NCBI RefSeq assembly: GCF_018350175.1
Contig: NC_058368.1
Span: 23,624,001-23,688,000 of the forward strand
Length of the DNA: 64,000 bases
Source: Felis catus
Lineage: Eukaryota
Direction: 5' to 3'
Part shown: positions 22,620 through 35,705 of the stretch, in pieces
Layout: each line of letters starts with the position of its first letter
Numbering within the stretch: position 1 is the first letter of the stretch
Made by a program: the position numbers and the translations under genes
The notes under the pieces: generated by a model
Databases searched by the model: none
What the model was told of the DNA's origin: nothing
The model's input: the letters and a program-made list of their open reading frames with translations, nothing else

Positions 22620-24900
22620 TGTATGAAATATAAGTAACTAAGGTAAAGAAATGTGTTTAATACACACACCAACACACACATGTTCTAAAGAAAATTCCCA
22701 TGAATCACTACCCAGGTCAAGAGATAGAAAAATATACCTGGCCCCTCTTAAGCCACCGTGTATTCTCGATCATAAACCCTTCCCTCCTTCACTACAACCC
22801 CACTCTGCCTCTACTCAAGGTGACCACTTTCCTGACTTGTCAGGATCATCATTGGCCTACTCTTCTTTTTTATTTTATTTTTAATTTTTTATTTATTACC
22901 ATTATTTTTTTTTAGAGAGATAGAAAGGACAAGCTGGGGAGGGGGGCAGAGGAAGAGAGAGAATCCCAAGCAGGCTCCACGCTCAGTACAGAGCCTGCTT
23001 TGGGGTTTTCACCCACAACCCTGGGATCCTAACCTGAGCCAGAGTCAAGAGTCAGCCACTCAACCAACTGAGTCCCATAACTCACTCTTCTTTTAGTTTC
23101 ACTGTCTATGTATGTAATGTATTCATAGTTTTACCATCTATGGGTACTTCTATGTATTCAGCATAATTTAGTTTTGCCTATTTTTTACAGGTGTATTGAG
23201 GTATAACTGACATAAAATAAATTGCACACCAAGTGTATAATCTGATAAATGTTGACATATGTACATACCTTTGAAACCATCCCAATCAACATAATAAAAA
23301 TATCACATATCCATCATCCTATCCATCATCCCAGAATTTGTCTTGTGCCTTTTGTATTTCCTCTTTCAAGTCCCTCTTTGCCCAGCTATCCATCCTCCTC
23401 CCATTTCTTCTCTAGAGGACAAATGTTATGTTTCCTGTTGTTATCAATTCACTAGAATTTTCTAGAATTTTACATATGTGGAATCAATAGACATGTATTC
23501 TTTTTTGGTCTGGCTTCATTTATTCTAGTAGATATGTAGTGATATCTTATTATGATTTTAATTTGCATTTCCTTGATGATTAATATTGTTGAGCATCTTC
23601 TCATGTGTTTGTCTTTTGCACATCTGCTTTAGTGTAGTGTCATAATCTTTCGTATATTTTTATGGAATTGTTTAACTACTTCTTACTGACTCATAGGCAT
23701 TCTTTATATGTTCTAGGTACAAGCCTTAGTCAGATATATATTTTGCAAACATTTTCCCTAAGACTGTGGCTTGCCTTCTCATTTTTGTAAGTATCCTTTG
23801 AAGAGCAAACATTTTACATTTTGATGAAGCCCAATTTCTTGAATTCTCTTGACAGTTCATGTTTCTTGGTATATTATATTTAAGAAATCTTTCCCAAGAC
23901 CAACATTACTAAAATTACTTCTATGTTTTCTTCTAGGAGTTTTCTAGTTTTATCTTTTACATTTAGATTTATACTCCATTTTGAGTTTTCTGTATGTTTT
24001 GTGTATGTGAGCAAGGGCTAAGGTTCATATTTTTTGTCTACAGCTAACAATTGTTAGAGAACCATTTGTTGAGAAGATTTTTCTTCTATTGGACTGCCTC
24101 GGCACCTTTGTCATAGTTAATTTGTCAAATATGTATCTATTTCAACATTTTTTATTCTGTTCCATTTAAATGTATTTTATGGCAATATCACCATGTATTA
24201 CTAACTTGATACCAAGTCTTAAAATCAGGAAATTTGAATCCTCCAACTTTGAACTTCTTTTTCAAAATCCTTCTGGTTATTCTAGCTGACTTGCATCTCT
24301 GCACAGATTTTAAAATTAGTTTTTCAATTTATAAGCAAAACTACTTCGAGATTTTGATTGGGATTACATTGAATCTCTAAGAATCTTTAAGAATTGAATC
24401 TTAAACAACGAGACTTCCAATCCATGAATGTTTTCTCTCTTCCACATATTTAGGTCTTTAAGTTCTCTCAGTAACTGTTTCTGGATTATAATGTTCTCTG
24501 GCACTGTTGATTTTGCTTGAAGTTTTTTCAGCTTGTTGAATCTCTGTGTTTATAGTTTGCATCAAATTTGGAAAACTTTAAACTATTATTTTTTTCAAGG
24601 ATCCCCTCTGCCCCACTTTGTCTTCTTCTGGGACTTCAATTTCAAGTAGATAGATTGTTATCCATAGGTCGGTGGCCTTATGTTCACATTTTATTTTTCT
24701 TTGTTAGCTTAATTTTGAATAGTTTCTACTGCTATGTGTTCAGTTTCTCTGATCTTGTCTTTCACCAGTGTCTAGTTTGTGGTTAGCCTCCTTCTGAGTA
24801 TTTTTCATTCTGATACTGTATATTTTTTTTAATTTCTAGATGTTTCTTTTATTCTTTTATAAAAAAGAAACATTTCTTTCCTCCTCCTTGAATTTCTCTC
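22620..24900 (-). mobile_element. Old L1 fragments (L1ME/L1MD/L1M5-like)
   Basis: tattgaggtataactgacata 3' end at about 23195; antisense ORF2 motifs (ttgagcatcttctcatgtg, ccatttgttgagaaga). Confidence 0.7.
22866..23072 (-). mobile_element. Can-SINE, slightly 5' truncated
   Basis: gaatcccaagcaggctcc; TSD actcttcttt. Confidence 0.9.
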
Positions 24901-25589
24901 ATCATACTTATATTTTTTTCTATGTTCGTGAATTTGATGGACTAAAATTCCATATGGAAAGATTTTTTTCTAAGGTCAGATGCATGCATGTAGTTGTTCC
25001 TGGGGCCATTTGCTGATCTTGCCTAGGTTCATAATGAAGTTCATTGCTGGGAGATCAAAAATCCAAGAGAGCCTATAACCGTCTTGTGAGGATAGGGTGA
25101 AAACATTGAAGAATTAAAGGATTTTATATATATGACCAGTTTCTTTGGGACAGTCATTCTGGGATCACCTTAAGCCAAGGTCAAGGGTACAAGTATCTCT
25201 TGAATGATCCAGGCAAATCAAACCTAGACTTTAATTTTATACAAGGGTTCACTTACTTTTGATTCACTTTTACAATGATCTTTGTAACTTTTAGGCCCAG
25301 TTTATTTCAGGGAAGGTTTCCTGCAGCTTCTATATTTTATGATTGACCTAGACATTGATTTCTCTTCTTTTTACTCTATAATGTCAACAAGATAAAAAAA
25401 TTTTTAGGACAAATCCTTGTTGCAACATCCCCTTTAAATTTTTCAAATTGCTTTTATCTCTCTGGGTTTTCTTCCTGCCTATGGCAGTTATTGATGTGGT
25501 CTCTAAATTTCCAAATACACTTTATTTCCAGCTCTGCAATAATAGAGTTGGAACCTCTATTACAGTAGGGTTGTAAACACTTCTTTGCC

Positions 25590-26000
25590 AAAAGCATGAT
25601 GATGTTAAGCTTTGTCAGTATAGAATACTGGAGAGACATGGGAGGAAGACAGGGTTTCTTTTTTTTTTTTTTTTCTGGTGTGTTTGTCTAAGAAGGCTTC
25701 TTCTGTGTTTATGAAGTACATTTGGCATTGTCAGTGGCACCTACTTTCAGCAGCAACCAGGAGCCAATAGAAATTAGAAGTGTCCCATGGAAGCTTTCTC
25801 TGGCATCCCCCCAGGTATCTTTTCAGAACCCCAGGCATGGATGGTTTTGCCTAATATCTCCTTGGTTAGCTTGGTTAGTTTAGTGGCACCAGCTCATGGG
25901 CATCTAGCTTCCTCAGGCACCCCTGAGAGTAGTTTTCCAATGAATACATGGCACTTTTCTGTGGATGGCTCCCCTCAGAACTCCTCAGGCAGCTGTCTTA
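25590..26000. mobile_element. Possible ERVL LTR remnant (LTR50-like)
   Basis: ttaagctttgtcagtatagaatactggagagac resembles recalled LTR50. Confidence 0.35.
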
Positions 26001-26536
26001 CCTAATCTTGGATGTGTCTAAGACTATGTGATTATATCCAATCTAATTTATTTTCAGCAGAGGTGTTGATCCAAATAATTAAGCCTATGTGTACAAGAGA
26101 CTCAAGACATAATTTTTTTTTTTTCAAAAAGCCAATCAACTGAACTTTAAGAGACGAAGGCACAGGACATAGTTTAGACTCCTGAGATGGAAATCATGCC
26201 ATTCTTCTAATAACTAAAGGCTTTTCTTTTAAATAACTAAAGCCTTTTTGGCTTTCCATTTGTCTCAAAATAAACTCAAGGTTTGTTAGCTGGTTGGCAT
26301 AGATGGGCCATCATGGCTTTTTTGCAATTAACATTCAAGACTCATCTCTTGCAACGTTTCTACACTAACTCTAAGCTCCAGTCACTCTGAGTTCCCTGCA
26401 TTTTCCTTGACGCACCATGGCTTTTGCATATGCTGCTCCATATGCAAGGTATTAATTATGCTAGAATTAATTCTTACACCTCAATCTGTAGTTTGGACAT
26501 GACATCCGAAAACTTCTTCTGGCCATATTTATGTGC

Positions 26537-26773
26537 TTTTTATTTATTTTATTATTATTATTATTTTTAATCTTTATTTATTTTTGAGAGACAGAGAGAG
26601 ACAGAGCAGGAGCAGGGAAGGGGCAGAGAGAGAGGGAGACACAGAATCCGAAGCAAGCTCTAGGCTCCGAGCTGTCAACACAGAGCCCGATGTGGGGCTC
26701 TAACTTACGAAATGTGAGATCATGACCTGAGCCAAAGTCAGCGGCTTAACCGACTGAGCCACTCAGGTTCCCC
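26537..26773 (-). mobile_element. Can-SINE within L2 remnants
   Basis: Full length; TSD core tatgtgct. Confidence 0.95.
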
Positions 26774-28009
26774 TATGTGCTCCTTTTTAGTGCTTCCATG
26801 AGCTACTTCTATTTGTACTTAACACATTTTATTAATCCACTGATTCAAAAGATCATTTATTCATTCAGCAGATATCTGTTTAGCATCTTCCCCCTGCCTC
26901 CTCGCCTCCTCCATCCTGAGGAAATGAAGATATGAAGATGCATAAGACAACCTTTATCCCATCTGTGTATTCTGATTTGTATTTAATAGTCTGTCTTCCT
27001 TAGTCTACTATGAGGTTGTTACCTTTCTAGGACCTGGTAGTACTTGCACATAATAAGTACCAAATAAATGTTCCTTGAACAAATTAATGAGTACTATAGC
27101 AGACAAAAGAGGAATTAGAAAGTTCCAAAAGATGAAACTCGCACCGAGATATGTCAAAATGTAAACAGTGGTTTAGCTATCTCTTTGTAGTGAGTTTTCA
27201 GATAAGCTTTACTTTGTTCTTTATATTCTGTACTGTTTGATGTTTCCATGATGCACATATTTATATATAGAAGAATAAAATAATCAAAGGTTTTCAAAGA
27301 CTTAAAGCAACTCTGCCTCTATTCACTGCAAGCTCAGACAGTTTTGTATTATTCTGGAGCTGCCTGAAATCAACACACCATGCTATTTCCCTCAGTTCTG
27401 CCAAATCAGAGCTTGGAGGGTTCATTGTATTAAAAATAACTTAGGACTTCGGTTAACTACTTCAGAAGCTAAGTACCAATCACTGTCACAGAGGATGTGT
27501 GAAAAGCTGGTCACTTAAAGCGTATCTTTTCTTAGTAATTCCTACAATCCTCTAAACCCAGTTCTCTCTGGCAAAATTCAAATCTGCATTTTTATCGTTT
27601 TCAGAAGTCTGACGTTCCTAACAAATACTTGCAACAGCCCCTTTCAGCATTACCTGAAAACCGGCTGACACTCAGTTGATGACATATTTTTAGAATACCT
27701 GTCTCTTCCCATGGGTTGGTTACATGGCTTTGCTTGTGTGCCTCCTGAAATGTAACCTGGCTGAAAGGCCTATGGTTAGGACACATTGCTGCTACTGTGA
27801 GAAGTCAGTTTTAGAAACTGTCCTGGGCTGTTCAGAGGTGGAAGCTGAGCTAGAAGCCATGATGAGTGATTCATTTTGTCAGACTCTTCATCAACTCTGG
27901 TGGGAAAGGGAAAATTTGAAAACCCAACTCAACGTTAGTTAACATTAGGGAAAGAAATGTTGCGAAATGCAGGTGTGAGTGAATGCTAGCCTGTAAGCAC
28001 ACTGACCTC

Positions 28010-28200
28010 ACAGTAGGGGTATGGGAATCAGAGTTCACACTAAGCCTCTGCCACTGATGGCTTATGTCTTTGTGCAGATTAAGCTCTCAGAATTCAATAC
28101 TCACATCTAAAAAGGGAGAAAATATTAATACTTATTTCAAAGGGATGTCGTCAGGCTCATCCATATCTAGCATATTCACAGAGTACAATAAATGTTAGTT
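28010..28200 (+). mobile_element. MIR
   Basis: ctctgccact...ctcacatctaaaaagggag...caataaatgttag. Confidence 0.6.
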
Positions 28201-29049
28201 TCCCTTTACCAGCCAAGTAAATGAAGAAAAAAAGCCTTCATAAACACATGACTTGGTGATTGCTTAAATTCACTATATTGATTTCCTGTATTTTTAGATT
28301 TTTTTTTGCCATGAGCATGAATTACTTTTATAAATCTTTTAAGTTTCAACAAAACAAGGAACACTGTATTGGAATCTGGAGTAACTATCAGTCTCAAAAA
28401 GATCACCTATTAAAGCCATACATATGTCAAAAACCAGCAATCCAAAACTTTGAAGTTAAAACAACAACATTATAGAGGCTGCTGAAAAGGAAAGACAATG
28501 ACCCAGGAACTATACTCTGAGAGAGGAGAAGCACGCCTCTTTCAATGTGCCTTCTCACTACACATTCTCTCCCCTCCTCTCCCGACTCTTTCCCTGAAAC
28601 TTACCACTCCTTGAGTCCAAGGTGTGGGCAGAGAGATGAAGAAGGTCCTCTACAGAGATTCTGTTTTGCTTTCATCGAGAACAGGAAGTCTGCTAGACCA
28701 CAGAAGAGGGGCCATTCCATGATTATAGTGCAGGGGGTACTTCCAAATGAAAAGACAATTTTATAAAAAGTGAGCGAATATGCGGTGTCTGTACTAGGGA
28801 GGAAACTAGGCAATTCCAACTTCTCCAGCCTCCAAGTTGAAGATCACATACTTTAGATAGAGCTACAGATGCACCTAAATGATGAACTCAATGAAGGCAC
28901 ATGGCTAAGTTCAAGTAGAATCCCTTGGAGGATTTTCAAGACACAAGTAAAATTGTGACATGATGCAATCGAGTGGCCTTAATTGAGTAACAAAGTGTTA
29001 GCCAACATGGCTACCACACTACACTAAGTCTCTGGAGGAGAATTTGGGA

Positions 29050-29235
29050 AATAATAATAGCTAGCACTTTTTAAGATGTGGCAGAAACTATTATAAGTGC
29101 TTTATATATATATATATTATTTAATCATCCTCATGATCTGTGATCTATGTCCAAGGCAAGAATGCAGGCACAGGAAGATAAATAACTTGCTAATTATTGT
29201 GTAGCTAACAAGTGACAGTGCTTGAATTCTGAAGC
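29050..29235 (-). mobile_element. MIR
   Basis: ataataatagctagcact...taagtgctttata...aataacttgc. Confidence 0.65.
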
Positions 29236-30339
29236 ACTATGCTGTGTTCCTTGATATATTTCCATCTAGTAAATGGGCAATCTATATAGAGGATTGGATT
29301 ATCATTATGAGAGTCCTCGGCTATTGAAGAGGGACCTTAAAAGAAGAAGGGAGGTGCTTGTAAACTATTTGTTGTGAAGTGACATTAGCCAATTTGTCAC
29401 ATAGCTGAGGTTCTTTTTGGTAACTAGGTACTGCCCACAATCTTGCTACCTACTGATAACGAAAGTATCTAATCAAGTTCTTCTACACATGGGTACATTT
29501 GCCAGCTATTCATTATCAATGAATGCACAAAAATTTCCTACATCATCTTCTCTAACTTCAGTGAAATTTCAGCTTTCTGCCCTTGTGTGAGAATTTTAGC
29601 AGGCAGACCAACAAAATTTCGGAGGGAGGATTCTGTATCACTAAGTCACAGTGTAACTACATCACAATTCTCCTTAACTGATGGCTGCACACAAAACTGA
29701 TTAGGGCCTAAGCCATAGACTCCATCCACAAAGGTGAGGAATACATGCCAGGGTGGATTTTTATCCAGGGTGGATTTTTCTTACTAGGACAGAGAGCAAT
29801 TTAAGCAATTTTCGCCAACACACATGAGCACTACATCCACACAAGTAGAATACCGTTATTTTCTTCTAAGAACCCATTTCTAATATTCATCATACTTAAT
29901 AATAAGTCACTTGTTCTAGGAATGAAAATCCATTTTGTCTTCTACTATGCTAATTAGCAAACTGTCAATTGTTGATTGAGATACCAATAGCTGAATGACT
30001 TTTAGGAGCTGCCTCTGGAGTATAATGCCAGCCGACTGCCTCTAAAATTAAACTTTAACTGGTGTGAACATAGTGTTACACAGATTATGCTAAAATACTT
30101 CAAAGTAAATCACAGACTTTGTAACAGAACTGCATATTTCTAGTTTGGACATTCTTTGGAGCCCATTTGTTCTTTCTTGGATTCTGCTTCGATTTTTGGA
30201 AAGGTAGTTTTCTTTCCTTGATAGGCTTTTTGGTTTTGCCCATGAAGAACAAATACTGGGATGCTTTTCTTGTAATGTGTATGATATTGTATCTGTAGTT
30301 ATAAAATTCAAATAATTTGAACACTAATTCAAACAGTTT

Positions 30340-30585
30340 GGATACTCTATTAAGTGCTTACAACGATACTGGGGATTTTATCGGGGACTTTACTGGTATT
30401 GTGTGTCTTTTTGATTTAAGCCTCGCAGTGATCCAATGATTAAGATATTTTAGTTTGCAGGAAATAAATGTGAGACTCCAAGAGATTAAATAATTTGGCC
30501 AAGGTCACACAGTAAGTGACAGCAACATTATTTAAATCCTGGTCTGCAACTCCAAGGCTCATGCTCTCAATCAATTCACTACACT
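30340..30585 (-). mobile_element. MIR
   Basis: attaaataatttggccaaggtcacacag core. Confidence 0.7.
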
Positions 30586-30605
30586 ATCTTAATGGGGTTG
30601 TTTTA

Positions 30606-30985
30606 TTTTATTTTTAATGTTTTAAAATTTATATCCAAGTTAGTTAGCATATAGTGCAACAATAATCTCAGGGGTAGATTCCTTAATGCCCCTTACCCAT
30701 TTAGCCCACTCCCCCCCCAACCCCTCCAGCAAGCCTTTGTTTGTTCTCTATATTTAAGAGTCTCTTATGGTTTGTCCCCCTCCCTGTTTTTATATTATTT
30801 TTGCTTCCCTTCCCTTATGTTCATCTCTTTTGTATCTTAAAGTCCTAGTATGAGTCAAGTCATATGATATTTGTCTTTGTCTGACTAATTTCGCTTAGCA
30901 TAATGCCCTCTAGTTCCATCCACATAGTTGCAAATGGCAAAATTTCATTCTTTTTGATTGCCAAGGAATACCCCCTTGTGTGTAT

Positions 30986-31046
<61 letters not shown>

Positions 31047-32447
31047 CACATCTTCTTTAACCATTCATCTGTGGATGGACATTTGGACTCTTTCTGTACT
31101 TTGGCTATTGTCAATAGTGTTGCTATAAACACTGGGGTGCATGTGCCCCTTCAAAACAGCACACCTGTATCCCTTTGGTAAATACCTAGAGTGCAATTGC
31201 TGGGTCATAGGGTAGTTCTATTTTTAATTTTTTGAGGAAACTCCATATGGTTTTCCAGAGTGGCACCAGTATGCATTCCCACCAAAAGTGCAAAAGAGTT
31301 CCTCTTTCTCTGCATCTTCATCAACATCTGTTGTTACTTGAGTTGTTAGCCATTCTGACAAGTATGAGGTCATATCTCATTGTGGCTTTGATTTGTATTT
31401 CCCTGATGATGAGTGATGTTGAGCATTTTTTTCATGTGTTGGTTTGCAATCTGGATGTCTTCCTTGGAGAAGTGTCTATTCATGTCTTTTGACCATTTCT
31501 TCACTGGATTACTTGTTTTTTGGGTGTTGAGTTTGATAAGTTCTTTATAGATTTTGTATACTAACCCTTTATCTGATATGTGGTTTGCAAATATCTTCTC
31601 TCATTCCGTCATTTGCCTTTTAGTGTTACTGATTGTTTCCTTCACTGTGCAGAAGCTTTTTATTTTGATGAGGCCCCAATAGTTCATTTTTGCTTTTGTT
31701 TCCCTTGCCTCTGGTGATATGTTGAGTAAGAAGCTGCTGTGGCCGATTGGGTGCCTGGGTGGCTCAGTCAGTTAAGCGTCCAACCTTGGCTCAGGTCATG
31801 ATCTCACAGTTTGTGAGTTTGAGTCTCATGTCAGGCTCTGTGCTGACAGCTCAGAGCCTGGAGCCTGCTTCAGATTCTGTGTGTGTCTCTCTCTCTTCCC
31901 CTCCCTTGCTCACTTGCATCCTGCAATCTCTCTCTGTCTCAAAAATAAACAAACATTATTAAAAAAAATTTTAAAAATTGCTGTGGCCAAAGTCAAAGAG
32001 GTTTTTGCCTGCTTTCTCCACTAGGATTTTGATGGCTTCCTGTCTTATGTTTAGGTCTTTCATCCATTTTGAGTTTATTGTTGTGTATGGTGTAAGAAAG
32101 AGGTCCAAGTTTCATTTTTCTGCATGTTGCTGTCCAGTTTTCCCAACACCGTTTGAAGAGAGTGTCTTTATTCCATTGGGTATTCTTTCTTGCCTTGTCA
32201 AAGATTAGTTGGTCATACGTTTGTGGGTCCATTTCTGAGTTTTATATTCTGTTCCATTGATCTGAGTGTCTGTATTTGTGCCAGTACCATACTGTCTTGA
32301 TGATTACAGCTTTGTAATACATCTTGAAATCCAGGACTATGATGCCTCCAGGTTTGGTTTTATTTTTCAAGATCGCTTTGGCTATCTGGGGTCTTTTCTG
32401 GTTCCAAACAAATTTTAGGGTTGTTTTAGCTCTGTGAAGAATGCTGG
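30606..32447 (-). mobile_element. 5'-truncated felid L1 with nested SINE and (TA)n
   Basis: ORF2 remnants (YDQLIFDKA, CPSTDEW); TSD tggggtt(g/a)tttta (30593-30605; 32448-32460). Confidence 0.95.
31748..31975 (+). mobile_element. Can-SINE nested in L1
   Basis: TSD core tgctgtggcc. Confidence 0.95.
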
Positions 32448-32745
32448 TGGGGTTATTTTAAAACACATGTTGTTACCTAAAGATAGTACATTGTTTACCC
32501 CTAATGGTTAACATTTTAACAAATGTTTCATAATAACAATAAAAATATGAGGTATTGTGTATCTTTTTGTGGTAACTGTAGATAAGAATGCATGAATACA
32601 GAGAGGTAGATGTGTGTGTGTTTGCTTACACTTACTAACACCAGTTTTTAAGACAATTACAACATATTTAGAACATATTCTGTTACCTAGAGTAAGAATA
32701 GCCCAGGCTACTGGTTTTCCTCTAACAGTCCAGAAATCTTTCTTC

Positions 32746-35543
32746 ATTTTTAATTTATTTATTTAAATTCAAGTTAGTTAACATACAATGTAATACTGGG
32801 CTCAGGGGTAGACCCCAGCAATTCATCACTTACAAATAACATCTAGTGCTCATTCCAGCAAGTGCCATCCTCAATGCCCATCACCCATTTACCTCATCCC
32901 CCCATTCCCTCTCCAACAATCCTCAGTTTATTCTCTGTATGTAAGAGTCTGATTTGCCTCCCTCTCTCTTTTTATTTTTCCTTCCCTTCTCCTATGTTAA
33001 TCTGTTTTGTTTCTTAAATTACACATATGAGTGGGATAATGCAATATTTGTCTTTCTCTGCCTGACTTATTTTGCTTAGCATAATGCACTCTAGTTCCAT
33101 CCACATTGTTGCAAAGGGCAAGATTTCATTCTTTTTGATCTCTGAGTAGTATTCCATTCCGCATCCTCTTTCTCCATTGATCGGTCAATGGACATTTGGG
33201 CTCTCTCCATAGTTTGGCTATTGTTGATAGTGCTGCTATAAACATTGGGGTGCATGTGCCCCTTCAAATCAGCATTTCTGTATCCTTTGGATAAATATGG
33301 ACTATTGTAACTGCTGGGGCATAGAGTTGTTCTATTATTAATTTTTTGAGGAAATTCCATACTGTTTTCCAGAAAAGCTGCACTAGTTTGCATTCCCACC
33401 AATAGCACAAAAGAGTTCCCTTTTCTCTGCATCATCACCAATATCTGTTGTTTCCTGAGGTATTCATTGTACCCATTCTTACAGGCATAAGGTGGTATCT
33501 GTGATTTGTATTTCCCTGATGATGAGTGATGATGAGCATCTTTTCATGTGTCTGCTACCAATCTGGATGTCTTCTTTGTAAAGTGTCTATTGACGTCTTT
33601 TGCCCATTTCTTCACTGGATTATTTGATTTTGGGTGTTGGGTTTGAAAAGTTCTATAGATTTTGGATACTAACCCTTTATTGGGTAAGTCATTTGCAAAT
33701 ATCTTCTCCTATTCCATTGGTTGCTTTTTAGTTTTTTGGTTGTTTCCTTCATGATGCAGAACCTTTTTATCTTGATGGGGTCCTAATGATTCATTTTTGC
33801 TTTTGTTTCGCTTGCCTCCGGAGACATGTCTAGTGAGAAGTTATTGCAGCCAAGGTCAAAGAGGTTGCTGTCTGTTTTCTCCTGTAGGATTGTGATGGTT
33901 TCCTGTCTCATATAGAAGTCTTTCATCCATTTTAAATTTATTTTTGTGTGTGGTGTGAGAAAGTGGTCCAGGTTCATTATTCTGCATGTCACTCTCCAAT
34001 TTTCCCAGCACCATTTGCCGAATAGACTGTCTTTATTCCATTGGATATTCTTCCCTGCTTTGTCAAAGATTAGTTGGCCATACATTTGTGAGTTCATTTC
34101 TGGGTGTTCTCTTCCATTCTATTGATATATGTGTCTTTTTTTTTTTTTTTTTGTGCCAGTAGCATACTGTCTTGATGATTACAGCTTTGTGATATAGCTT
34201 AAAGTCCAGAATTATGATGCCTCCTGCTTTGGATTTATTTTTCAACATTACTTTGGCTATTTGGGGTGTTTTGGCTATTTCAGGATTGTTTGCTCTAGCT
34301 CTGTGAAGAATGCTGGTGTTGTTTTGATAAAGATTGCATCAAATGTGTAGATTGTTTTGGGTAGTATAGACATTTTAACAATATTTGTTCTTCCAATCCA
34401 TGAGCATGGAATATTTTTCCATTTGTGTCTTCTTCCATTGCTTTCATAAGCTTTCTATAGTTTTCAGCGTACACATCTTTTACCTCTTTGGTTAGGTTTA
34501 TTCCTGGGTATCTTATGGTTTTTGGCGCTATTGCAAATAGGATCGATTCCTTGATTTCTCTTTATGCTGCTTCGTTATTGGCATATAGAAATGCAACCAA
34601 TTTCTGTCTTTGGTTTTATATCCTGCAACTTTGCTGAATTCACGTATCAGTTCTAGCAGTTTTTTAGTGGAGTCTTTTGGGTTTTCCATATAGAGTATTG
34701 TGAAAGAGTGAAAGTTCGACTTCTTCTTTGCCTAATATATGCCTTTTATTTCTTTTTGTTGTCTGATTGCTGAGGCTTGGACTTTCAGTACTATGTTGAT
34801 CAGCAGTGCTGAGAGTGGATATCCTTGTCATGTTCCTGACCTTAGGGAGAAAGCTCTCAGTTTTTCTCCACTGAGGATGATATTAGCCCTGGGCCTTTCA
34901 TATATGGCTTTTATGATATTGAGGTATGTTCCTTCTATCCCTACTTTCTTGAGGATTTTATGAAGAAAAGATGCTGTATTTTGTCAAATGCTTTTTCTGC
35001 ATCCATTAAAAGGATCATATGGGGGGCGCCTGGGTGGCGCAGTCGGTTAAGCGTCCGACTTCAGCCAGGTCACGATCTCGCGGTCCGTGAGTTCGAGCCC
35101 CGCGTCAGGCTCTGGGCTGATGGCTCAGAGCCTGGAGCCTGTTTCCGATTCTTTGTCTCCCTCTCTCTCTGCCCCTCCCCCATTCATGCTCTGTCTCTCT
35201 CTGTCCCAAAAATAAATAAACGTTGAAAAAAAAAAAAGGATCATATGGTTCTTATCCTTTCTTTTGTTAATGTGGTGCTTTACACTGATTAATTTGCAAA
35301 TGCTGAATCAACCCTGCAGCCCAGAAATAAATCCCACTTGATCACGGTGAATGATTCTTTTAATGTACTGCTGAATTAGACTTGAATTAGTATCTTGTTG
35401 AGAATTTTTACATCCAGTTTCATCAGGTATACTGGCCTATAATTCTCCTCTTTAGTGGGGTCTTTGTCTAGTTTTGGAATCAAGGTAATGCTGGCTTCAT
35501 AGAATGAGTCTGGAAGCTTTTCTTTCATTTCTATTTTTTGGAA
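32746..35543 (-). mobile_element. 5'-truncated carnivore L1 (RT to 3' end)
   Basis: ORF2 remnants ([15 protein letters not shown]...NYRP; YGQLIFDKAGKNIQW); no clear TSD. Confidence 0.95.
35023..35233 (+). mobile_element. Young SINEC_Fc nested in L1
   Basis: Perfect TSD aaaaggatcatatgg (35008-35022; 35234-35248). Confidence 0.97.
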
Positions 35544-35569
35544 GTTAGTGAAAATTGAGAATATTAGGA

Positions 35570-35705
35570 GGTTTATATGGATGAGGCTTGAAAGTGGAAT
35601 ATAGTTTTTCCATCCACAGTTCACTAAGCACAACTCAGTTGCTTGGCCCTACTTAGGTGCAGGGGAAGTTGAGAAATGTAGCCTCTTTCTGAGCAGAAGC
35701 TTCCA
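35570..35705 (-). mobile_element. MLT1J/K-like fragment
   Basis: tgcaggggaagttgagaaatgtag motif. Confidence 0.4.

Noticed and set aside
28605..28692. Minus-strand exon-like segment (cccctcttctgtggtcTAG ... G|GTAAGT)
   Set aside because: Isolated, with no partner exons or recognisable peptide; such pairs occur by chance.
29748..29780. Tandem duplication ccagggtggattttt
   Set aside because: Only two units; an ordinary micro-duplication.
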